Under the pieces are notes generated by a model. The model ran no database searches and was not told the DNA's origin. It was given only the letters and a program-made list of their open reading frames with translations. This document shows positions 15,601 through 26,118 of a stretch of 64,000 nt of DNA, piece by piece (within the stretch, counting starts at the first letter, position 1; every line of letters begins with the position of its first letter). Origin of the DNA: Chthoniobacteraceae bacterium (GTDB lineage Bacteria; Verrucomicrobiota; Verrucomicrobiia; Chthoniobacterales; Chthoniobacteraceae); NCBI GenBank assembly GCA_040081625.1, contig JBEBGD010000010.1, positions 31,665 to 95,664 on the forward strand, in the 5' to 3' direction. A program made the translations under genes and the position numbers.

Positions 15601-18174
15601 GAGCAGCGTGAGCGAGCCGACTGCATTCCCCGCGTAGATCGCCAGCACGGTGTCGAAGCCGGACACGTCGAAGGTCGCCACGCCATCGCCCGGGGCGGTC
15701 CACGAATACCACACGGTCGGCGTCTGATTCCCGGCCGGGTTCGGTTCGCCGCCTTCCATGCCGGCGCCGACGCTGGTTCCGCTCGTCATGCCGGACGGAC
15801 CGGTGAGCACCTCTGCGTTGGCGAATAGGTCGTTGGCCGGATCATCGTCGTCGTCTTCGATCCGGGCGGCGACAAAGGTCGGCTCATCGAGCAGCGCGCC
15901 AGTCGGATTTTGGAGGGAGATGCCGAAGAATCGGTCGCCCTGGCTGGCCATGTCGCCGTGGACGGTGATGTTCACCGTCTTGGTCGTCTCACCTGCGGCA
16001 AAGACGATTGTAGTCGCGACGCCGACGTAGTCGCCGGGCGTGCCGGGGATGTCCGCGAGTGCAGAGTTGTCGCTCGTGGCGAAGTCCACGGTAGCGCCGT
16101 TGCCGATCCCGCCCACGCGCTGCACAGTCACCGGGAGAGTCACATCCGTGGCGCCTTCGCGCACGGAGAAGCCCTGGTTGTCCGCAAACGAGATCACGCC
16201 GCCCGTGGCGATATTCCACGAGAGCGTGGTCGCGCCGAACACGTTGGTGAAAACGTCGCCGTCCACGCGCACGAGATACGTCTGCCCGGCCAACGCGGTG
16301 AAGCGCGGCGACCCCGTGCTGCTGGCGACCGGCGTGAGGCCGGTGATCCCCGAGGCGAACACATCCACGATCGCGTCGGCCGGCCCGAAGCCGTCGTCCA
16401 CTTTAGCCGAGAACTCCGTGGCCCCGCCGAGCGGCGCGACCCAGCAATACCAGATCGTATTCCCCGCCGCATCGTCGGAGAAGGCCGGCTCGCCCGGTTC
16501 GGGATCGGCCAGCGCATTGTCGCCGAAGACCTGACCGGACGGGCCGAAGATCATCTGCGCGGCGGCGAGGTCGTCATTGGCCGGGTCGTTCTCGTCGTCG
16601 AAAAGCTGGAGCTGTGCGCGGGAGACATTGCCGAGCACCGCGCCGCCCGTCGGCGTCGAAAGGTTCACGACGAGGTCCTCGGTGTTTTCGACATCGCCGT
16701 CGTCGAGGATCGCGATGGTGAAGGTCTTCACGCTCTCGCCGGGGTTGAAGAGCAGGTTCGCGCTGGTGGGGGTGAAGTCGCCGGGAGCGGTCGCGTTTCC
16801 GAAGCCGAATTCGTCGGCGGTATCCGCGGTCGCACTGTAAGTCACACCCACGGTCCCATCGAGCGCGCCGACGCGGCGCACGGTGATCGTCACGGCGCCG
16901 CCGCTCTCCCCGGCGACGTAGCGCGGCACGTCGAGGCCGGTCAACGGGTCGATGTAATTGCGCGTCCCGGAGAGCTCGAACACGCCGGTGGTGGTCGTCT
17001 GCCACGAGAGGGTGAAGAAGGCCTGCCCGCCGCCGACGGCGATGTAGTAGGTCGTGCCCTGCACGATGTTGATCGCCGCAGCTTGCCGCAGCGCGCCCTG
17101 ACTCACGAACTGGAGCGCCGGCAGGCCCGGCCCGCGCAGGATCTCCACGAAGTGCGAAGCGCCTCCGGCCACGTTGAAAGCGACCGCGCCGTTGGATGGC
17201 GCCACCCATTTATACCAAACCACCGGCCCGAACCCGAAGTTCTCGAGGTCGCCCTCAGGGGTCGCCCCGAGGTCGTTGCCCGGCACGCTGCCAGACGCGC
17301 CGACGATCAGCTCGGCGTTGGCGAAGTCGTCGTTCGGCGCCGAGTCATCGCTCACGATCGTCGCGGTGAACTCGGTGATCGCGCCGAGGTTCGCGCCACC
17401 GGTCGGACTGCTCAACGTCACGGTGAAGGTCTCCTGCGCCTCCAAATCCATGTCGTCGTTGATCGGCACGTTGATGAACTGCGGCGTGTTGGACCCGTCG
17501 GCGAAACTGAGCGTGTCGGTCGCGGTCGTGAAGCCGGTGTAATCCTGCCCCGCCGTCGCCGTCACGTTCGCGGTCGTGAAAGTCACGCTGACCGCGCCCA
17601 CCGTGCCGCCGACGCGATTGACCTCGATGGAGATGGTCCCGTCCGGCTCACTCACGCTATCCTCGGAAAGCGCGAACTGGATATCTCCGGCCGGGTTGAT
17701 CTGCTGCCACACGATCGGGAAGGCGCCCTCCTCGCCACTGCTCGTGCCGTCGAGGCCGGCGACCTGGATGCGATAGATGGTGCCCGTCGTCGCGCTGAAA
17801 GTCACCGTGCTGCCGAAGTCCACCGCGCCGTCGTCGTTCTCACCCACCAGCACGAGCGTCGTCAGCGCATTTCCGCTATAGATCGACATCACGGTATCGA
17901 CCGCCGTCCCCGTCAGGTCGAAGGTCACCGGGCCGGTCTGCGGCGCCTGCCAGTGGAACCAGACGGTGTTGTCGTTGGTGAGAGAGGCGAGGGGGGGGCG
18001 CTCGTTCGGAGTCTCCAGCGTCGCGCCCGTGTTGTCCCCCGACGACATGCCCGAGGCGCCGGTGAGGAGGATGGAATTCGCGAAGTTGTCGTTTGCCGGC
18101 GCTTGCGCGAAAGCCGCGCCGGAAAGCGCAACGAAGAGGGTGGTGATCAAGACGAGGATTCCTTTGGTTTTCAT
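12685..18174 (-). CDS. Large secreted Calx-beta repeat surface protein (about 1829 aa)
   Basis: Signal peptide MKTKGILVL...AFAQ; six PxNDxFANA...WYxWxAP modules, each followed by a Calx-beta domain (TATAGxDY...F..GE..KT..I.I.DD...E..E.F.V.L). Confidence 0.9.
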   Translation of the reverse strand: MKTKGILVLITTLFVALSGAAFAQAPANDNFANSILLTGASGMSSGDNTGATLETPNERPPLASLTNDNTVWFHWQAPQTGPVTFDLTGTAVDTVMSIYSGNALTTLVLVGENDDGAVDFGSTVTFSATTGTIYRIQVAGLDGTSSGEEGAFPIVWQQINPAGDIQFALSEDSVSEPDGTISIEVNRVGGTVGAVSVTFTTANVTATAGQDYTGFTTATDTLSFADGSNTPQFINVPINDDMDLEAQETFTVTLSSPTGGANLGAITEFTATIVSDDSAPNDDFANAELIVGASGSVPGNDLGATPEGDLENFGFGPVVWYKWVAPSNGAVAFNVAGGASHFVEILRGPGLPALQFVSQGALRQAAAINIVQGTTYYIAVGGGQAFFTLSWQTTTTGVFELSGTRNYIDPLTGLDVPRYVAGESGGAVTITVRRVGALDGTVGVTYSATADTADEFGFGNATAPGDFTPTSANLLFNPGESVKTFTIAILDDGDVENTEDLVVNLSTPTGGAVLGNVSRAQLQLFDDENDPANDDLAAAQMIFGPSGQVFGDNALADPEPGEPAFSDDAAGNTIWYCWVAPLGGATEFSAKVDDGFGPADAIVDVFASGITGLTPVASSTGSPRFTALAGQTYLVRVDGDVFTNVFGATTLSWNIATGGVISFADNQGFSVREGATDVTLPVTVQRVGGIGNGATVDFATSDNSALADIPGTPGDYVGVATTIVFAAGETTKTVNITVHGDMASQGDRFFGISLQNPTGALLDEPTFVAARIEDDDDDPANDLFANAEVLTGPSGMTSGTSVGAGMEGGEPNPAGNQTPTVWYSWTAPGDGVATFDVSGFDTVLAIYAGNAVGSLTLLGENDDFTGLASRVSFTAASGTTYRIQVGGFAGSSGPFSLSYTTDPTGSLISVASTDVQVAENVAGGNLVLTLTRSGSTTGTSTVDFEMFDNSATSPADYTASMGTVTFNPTETTQTIIIPIASDMLVEGDESFAVELSNATGAILSPLDPNNIDVSILDDDDDATPPANDNFASAAVLAGSNPIAAGFSDGATIEMDEPGSPSQSAWYQWTAPAAGVAMVGIGDADHSFNVFTGTALGNLAPVSYVTGTTFVAASGTTYLIQVNATGGSPNFVVSLDFTSAGLLSFASTGLVVNEDGGPATITIVRNNGSAGAISVSFSTAGITAASGGDFTAVNQVVNFADGITSQTVDVPILPDALLEGPETIRLILSDPTGGALILYGPGDIIALTINDAEDNPGNDDFANAVALSGPFGTIFGDNTGASSQPGEPNHAGSNGVASLWYRWTAPATGTVTFDTTGSTVPTALAAYTGMSVGTLTSLASNAGSPATISFPAMAGASYSIAVDCSGSLMGDFTLNWQLVLPGVLSFNPTSYSAGEAAASVVLTVTRAVGADGAVSVHFATADGTATAGEDYTATMGDLDFANGETSRTITVPLLNDTAFEIAESFTVVLSAPTNGSMLGMSTTATVTLTSNDPFTASAVNFAALVNPGGAHDTSGLLTLSESATASFSGKLLLGGKTFAFKGAFDTFGSAIVTIARKGQPTLAIAMQLDDGGQTIAGQVYDGSFTSTFTGEASFYDGKTRLHPQPGTFTLALKPTSVAVGNPQGIGFATMTVGKNGVFKIKGGQLADAAKLSATGFIAENGRTQFYALLYKGQGSLAGVVTFANLAATDATATLQWFKPANLPREKFFVTGITTTSDLVASFFTRPASNTRIDTAFDANNGATDVTLADGNLAAPLAFSGLLDTKNKLSATTPVPLALAGNSKSGLLTGSFTPVGGRKTAFKGVFLQKSDQALGQFFGVSQSGSVTVVPD

Positions 18175-18331
18175 GGATCGAGAGGTGGTGATGGTTCGTA
18201 GTTCCTGGGCCGACGCGCTGTGTGCTCCGCGCTTGTGTGGGAGCGCTACGGTAATGCGCAAGCCTTTTGATGAAACTGCGCCTTTGCACGGGTCTTGGCG
18301 AGCCTGCCGCAGCCTGCTACTTCAGCGCCCC

Positions 18332-18877
18332 ATGCCTTCCATCGCCACCAAGACCGGGGACGACGGCACGACCGCGCTGATGTTCAGCCGGCGCGTGCCG
18401 AAGACCGACCTGCGCATCGCCGCCAACGGCGCCTGCGATGAACTCAACGCCGCGCTCGGCCTCGTGCGCGTCTCGTGCAGCGAGCCGTCCATCACCGACG
18501 CGGTGCTCGGGATTCAAAAGGAACTCGTCACGCTCATGGGTGAGCTCGCCGTGGCTTTCGACGATCGCGAACGCTACGCGAAGGCGGGCTTCGACTTCGT
18601 CACTCCCGCCATGGCCGACGCGCTGACCGCGCTCATCGACGACCTCGAGCAGAACCACCAGATCAGCTACGCCGGCTGGGCCACGCCCGGCGCCACCGCC
18701 GCGAGCGCCGCGCTCGATTTCGCCCGCACCATCTGCCGCCGCGCCGAGCGCGCCGCGTGCGAGTGCCGCGATCGGAAGCTGCCCGTGAGCGGAGAAATCG
18801 TCCGCTATCTCAACCGCCTCAGCGACCTCTGCTGGCTGTGGGCGCGCTTCGTCGAGACCAAGGCTGGCGCTGCCTGA
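18332..18877 (+). CDS. ATP:cob(I)alamin adenosyltransferase, PduO type
   Basis: IATKTGDDGTT, GACDELNAALG, ARTICRRAER, YLNRLSD. Confidence 0.93.
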   Translation: MPSIATKTGDDGTTALMFSRRVPKTDLRIAANGACDELNAALGLVRVSCSEPSITDAVLGIQKELVTLMGELAVAFDDRERYAKAGFDFVTPAMADALTALIDDLEQNHQISYAGWATPGATAASAALDFARTICRRAERAACECRDRKLPVSGEIVRYLNRLSDLCWLWARFVETKAGAA

Positions 18878-18936
18878 ACCGCGGCAGGAAAGCGTTTGCG
18901 CCGCCGGACTCGCTCGATAGCGTCCGCACTCCCACC

Positions 18937-19389
18937 ATGGATTTCCAAGCCCGAATCGATCAAGACCTCAAGGAGGCGATGAAGGCCCGGCAGACTGAAC
19001 GTCTCGCCGTCATCCGCATGCTCAAGAGCGCGCTCATGCTCGCCGCCATCGAGCACGGCGGCGCCGGCTCCCGGCTCGACGAACCCGCCGCGCTCGCCGT
19101 CGTCCGCAAGGAACTCAAGAAACGGCAGGACTCGATCGAGCAGTTCACCAACGGCGGCCGCCCCGAGCTCGCCGGGAAAGAATCGGCCGAGGCCGCCGTG
19201 CTCCAGGCGTATCTCCCGCAGCCGCTCAGCGCCGACGAACTCGCCGCGCTCGTGCGCGAAGCCATCGCCGAGACCGGCGCCACGTCGAAGGCGCAGATGG
19301 GCGCGGTGATGAAAGCCGCCGTCGCAAAAGCCGCGGGCCGCGCCGATGGGAAGGCGCTCTCCGCCGCGGTCTCCGCCGCGCTGCCATGA
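18937..19389 (+). CDS. yqeY: GatB/YqeY domain protein
   Basis: DLKEAMKA...KKRQDSIEQF..GGRPELA..E...YLPQPLS...MGAVMK. Confidence 0.92.
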   Translation: MDFQARIDQDLKEAMKARQTERLAVIRMLKSALMLAAIEHGGAGSRLDEPAALAVVRKELKKRQDSIEQFTNGGRPELAGKESAEAAVLQAYLPQPLSADELAALVREAIAETGATSKAQMGAVMKAAVAKAAGRADGKALSAAVSAALP

Positions 19390-20099
19390 TCAGCGCCATC
19401 ATCGTCGCAGCCGGCAGCAGCCGCCGCATGGGGTTCGACAAGATGTTCACCGAACTCGCTGGCAAACCTGTGGTGTGGCATTCGATCAAGGCCTTCGAGG
19501 ACACGAGCGAGGTCAACGAAATCGTCATCGTCGCGCGCGAGGAGTGTGTCGCGGAGTTTCAGCAACTCGTGAAGAAGTCCCACTTCCGCAAGGTCAAGAC
19601 GGTCGTGCCGGGCGGCGGGGAGCGGCACATCTCGGTCTGGCGCGGCTTGCAGGCAGTCGAGAGCGCCGGCAGCGAATACGTGGCCATCCACGATGGCGCG
19701 CGACCGCTGACCACGCCGACGCTCATCCGCGAATGTCTCGCCGCCGCGCGTGAGCACGGCGCCGCGTGTTGCGCGTCGCAGATCCCCGACACGATCAAGC
19801 GCGCGAGCGTGGACCAGATGGTGGAGGAGAGCGTCGAGCGCACGGGGCTGTGGGCGATGCAGACGCCGCAGATTTTCGCCAGCGGCCTCATCCTCCAGGC
19901 CTACGCCGCGCTCATGGCTCGCAACGAGATGGTGACCGACGAAGTCAGCGCGGTGCAGAAGCTCGGCAAGAAAATCTGGCTGCTCAAGAATGAGGACTGG
20001 AACTTCAAGATCACCTTCGCGCACGACATCGAACTGGCCGAGCACGTCCTCGCCCTGCGCGCCCGCAAGGCCGGTGCAAAAAAACTCCTGCCCGCGTGA
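19386..20099 (+). CDS. ispD: 2-C-methyl-D-erythritol 4-phosphate cytidylyltransferase
   Basis: AIIVAAGSSRRMG, IHDGARP, AMQTPQIF, NFKITF. Confidence 0.95.
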   Translation: MISAIIVAAGSSRRMGFDKMFTELAGKPVVWHSIKAFEDTSEVNEIVIVAREECVAEFQQLVKKSHFRKVKTVVPGGGERHISVWRGLQAVESAGSEYVAIHDGARPLTTPTLIRECLAAAREHGAACCASQIPDTIKRASVDQMVEESVERTGLWAMQTPQIFASGLILQAYAALMARNEMVTDEVSAVQKLGKKIWLLKNEDWNFKITFAHDIELAEHVLALRARKAGAKKLLPA

Positions 20100-21367
20100 T
20101 GCAAAACGGCTTCCGCACCACCCGCCTCCCGAATGGCGTCCGCATCGTGACCTCCGCGATGCCACACATGAAGACCGTCGCGATCGGGCTGTGGGCCGCG
20201 GTCGGCGGTCGGCACGAGACCGCGCAGCAGAGCGGCATCGCGCACTTCATCGAGCACCTGCTTTTCAAGGGCACCGCGCACCGCAACGCGCGGCAGATCA
20301 CCGAGCACGTCGAGGGCATCGGCGGCTACATCAACGCCTTCACCACCGAGGACCACACGTGCTACTACGCCAAGGGCGCCGCGCACCATCTGCGCCGGCT
20401 CTGTGAAGTGCTCAGCGACGTGTATGTGGACAGCGCCTTCCCGAAGGCGGAGATCGAGCGCGAGCGCGACGTGATCCGCGAGGAGATCCTCATGTATCGC
20501 GACCAGCCCGCGCAGCATGCGCAGGAGCTGCTCAGCGAGAGCATGTGGCCCGGCCATGCGCTCGGCCGGCCGCTGACCGGCAGCGTCGAGAACGTCGAGC
20601 GCTTCACGCGCACGGAGCTGATGGACTTTCAGCGCAAGCACTACTGCGGCCGCACCACGATCGCTGCCGTCGCCGGCTGCTGCGACCACGAGCAAGTCGT
20701 CGGCATCCTCGGCCCGCTGCTGGCGAAGCTGCCCGCGGGCCGCACGCCGCGTTACTCCCGCGCGCCGCGCACGGTCGGGCCGGTGCACCTGAACCTGCAC
20801 ACGCACGACACCGAGCAGACGCACCTCGCGCTCGGCTTCCACGCCTTTGGCCGGCGCGACGAACGCCGCTACGCGCTCAAGCTGCTCAGCGTCATCCTCG
20901 GCGAAAACATGAGCTCGCGCCTTTTCCAGAAACTGCGCGAGCGCCACGGCTACTGCTACTCGATCCACTCGAGCACGGTGACGCTCGAAGACGCCGGCGC
21001 CATCAGCATCTACGCCGGACTCGACCACGGGAAGCTCGAGCGCTCGGTCAAGATGATCATGGGAGAAATCAAGCGCGTCTGCCAGCGCGCGCCGACCCGT
21101 GGCGAGCTGAAGAAAGCGAAGGATTACTCCGTCGGCCAGATGCTCATGTCGCTCGAATCGACGACGAGCCAGATGATGTGGATCGGCGAATCGATGGTCG
21201 GCTACGGCGCGATCCAGGATCCCGCGGAGATCGAAGCGCGTATCAACGCGGTGCAACCCGAGGACGTGCAGCGCTGCGCCTGCCACTGCCTGAACCCCGG
21301 GCGCCTCGGCCTCGCGCTCGTCGGCCCGGCAAAGGAGCGCGAGCGCGTCGAGTCCTGGCTGTCGTAA
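20096..21367 (+). CDS. M16 (pitrilysin-family) zinc peptidase
   Basis: GIAHFIEHLLFKGT (HxxEH), NAFTT, MSSRLFQKLRE. Confidence 0.93.
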   Translation: MMQNGFRTTRLPNGVRIVTSAMPHMKTVAIGLWAAVGGRHETAQQSGIAHFIEHLLFKGTAHRNARQITEHVEGIGGYINAFTTEDHTCYYAKGAAHHLRRLCEVLSDVYVDSAFPKAEIERERDVIREEILMYRDQPAQHAQELLSESMWPGHALGRPLTGSVENVERFTRTELMDFQRKHYCGRTTIAAVAGCCDHEQVVGILGPLLAKLPAGRTPRYSRAPRTVGPVHLNLHTHDTEQTHLALGFHAFGRRDERRYALKLLSVILGENMSSRLFQKLRERHGYCYSIHSSTVTLEDAGAISIYAGLDHGKLERSVKMIMGEIKRVCQRAPTRGELKKAKDYSVGQMLMSLESTTSQMMWIGESMVGYGAIQDPAEIEARINAVQPEDVQRCACHCLNPGRLGLALVGPAKERERVESWLS

Positions 21368-21418
21368 AGTTTTCCTCGACCGCCGCGGCATTGTCGCCCC
21401 CAATAGGGCCGGAAACCC

Positions 21419-21868
21419 ATGAGTCCTCGCACCTTATTCCTCCCCGTCCTTTTCATCGCCACTCTGCTCGGCGGCTGCGCCAGCAGCATCCCCGTTTATT
21501 CCGGCCCGCGCCGGTCGGCGGGGCAAGTCGCGGTGTTGCCGCAGGATGAAGCGCAGCGGCAGATTCGCATCCTGTCAGTCGATGGCCGGCGGATTAGCAG
21601 ACGCGCCGACCTCGAGCTGCTGCCCGGGTCGCACACTGTCGAAGTCATCTATCGTCCGCCGAGCGTCGTGCGCAGCTACCCGGTGAGCTTGCGTTTCAAC
21701 GCCGTGGCCGGGCATCGCTACGTCATGACCGCGAAGATGCTTCAGGGCGCTGTCGATGGCTCGGGCCTGTGGGGCGGCAAATACCAGGTGCTCCTCTACG
21801 ATCTCAACGGCGTGCGCGAAGTCGCCCGCAGCCAGGGTCCGGCAGCGCCGCCGCGCATCGAGCACTGA
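21419..21868 (+). CDS. Hypothetical lipoprotein
   Basis: Lipobox LGGC after a hydrophobic N-terminus. Confidence 0.75.
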   Translation: MSPRTLFLPVLFIATLLGGCASSIPVYSGPRRSAGQVAVLPQDEAQRQIRILSVDGRRISRRADLELLPGSHTVEVIYRPPSVVRSYPVSLRFNAVAGHRYVMTAKMLQGAVDGSGLWGGKYQVLLYDLNGVREVARSQGPAAPPRIEH

Positions 21869-21871
21869 CGC

Positions 21872-25069
<3,198 letters not shown>

Positions 25070-25139
25070 TTTGGGAAAAGCTCGCGGGCTTTAGCAGTGG
25101 CCAGCGGATGGGGCAATGGGCGGTTGGGAGAAAAACCGG

Positions 25140-26048
25140 TCAATCCTTCGCGAGTTCGCGCGCCCGCTCCCGGGCGAGATCGAGAAAGGCGGCCGCCGGC
25201 GCCGGCAGGCGGCCGCTCCAAAGTGCGCCAAACACGAATTGAGGAAAGCCGCGCAGCGCGAGTTCGCGCACGTCCGGAGCTGCCGTGCGGCCGGGGATGT
25301 CGAGCGAGAGACCCACGCCGAAACCGTGGCCGACGTAGGCTTCGATCAACTCGAGGCTGCTCGTCTCCAGTCGCGTCGGCCACGCGAGTTCGCGGCGGAC
25401 GAGTTCCTTTTGGAAGACTTGCGTGAGATGCTCGCGCTTGGGCAGCGCGATCAGGGGCGGTGGTTCGCGCTTCAAGGCGCGGAGCACATCGGCGGCGGTG
25501 CGGAAAGGCGCACTGTTCTCGACGAGCAGGACCATCGGCACTTTGAGCAGCGGTTCGCTGCGGACCCCGACCCCCGGCTTAGTCTCGATGAGCACCACGG
25601 CGAGATCGATCTCGTGTTCGCGCAGCATGCGCTCCGCTGCGTGCTGGGTCGCCTCGCGCAAGGTCACGCGGAGGCCGGGCGTCTGCCGCTCGAGCGTCTT
25701 GAGCAGTGCGGGCAGGTGCTCGCGCAGCACGCTTGCGCTCGCGGCGAGGCGCAGGTGCTGCACCGATTCCTGCCGGAGGCGGCCGGTGAGTTGCGGGAGA
25801 TTCCCGAAGAACGGCGCCACGTGCTCGAAGACATCATTCCCCGCGGGCGTGAGCGAAAAGGGCCGCCGATGAAAGAGCCGCGTGCCCAGCGATTCCTCCA
25901 GACGCGCGAGTTGCACGCTCACCGCGGGCTGCTGGATGCCGTAGGGGATGAGCCGCAGCGCGGCCGTGATTCCGCCGGCGCGCGCGACGTAGTAGAAGAG
26001 CTCGAGGTGATGAATGTTCAGCACGGGCGGAGACTGAAAGGGGAGCAT
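25140..26048 (-). CDS. LysR-family transcriptional regulator
   Basis: LNIHHLELFYYVA..GGITAA...QPAVSVQLARLEESLGTRLF; start uncertain. Confidence 0.92.
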   Translation of the reverse strand: MLPFQSPPVLNIHHLELFYYVARAGGITAALRLIPYGIQQPAVSVQLARLEESLGTRLFHRRPFSLTPAGNDVFEHVAPFFGNLPQLTGRLRQESVQHLRLAASASVLREHLPALLKTLERQTPGLRVTLREATQHAAERMLREHEIDLAVVLIETKPGVGVRSEPLLKVPMVLLVENSAPFRTAADVLRALKREPPPLIALPKREHLTQVFQKELVRRELAWPTRLETSSLELIEAYVGHGFGVGLSLDIPGRTAAPDVRELALRGFPQFVFGALWSGRLPAPAAAFLDLARERARELAKD

Positions 26049-26061
26049 TGATGAAATCAAT
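26047..26061. promoter_or_regulatory. LysR-type T-N11-A operator
   Basis: Perfect palindrome ATTGAT-GAA-ATCAAT overlapping the LysR start in a divergent intergenic region; a further ATCAAT half-site at 26077-26082. Confidence 0.75.
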
Positions 26062-26118
26062 CCTGAAAGTCGAAATATCAATTAACGCCGGACGCGGCTG
26101 CGATGGCAGTCTGCGCGC

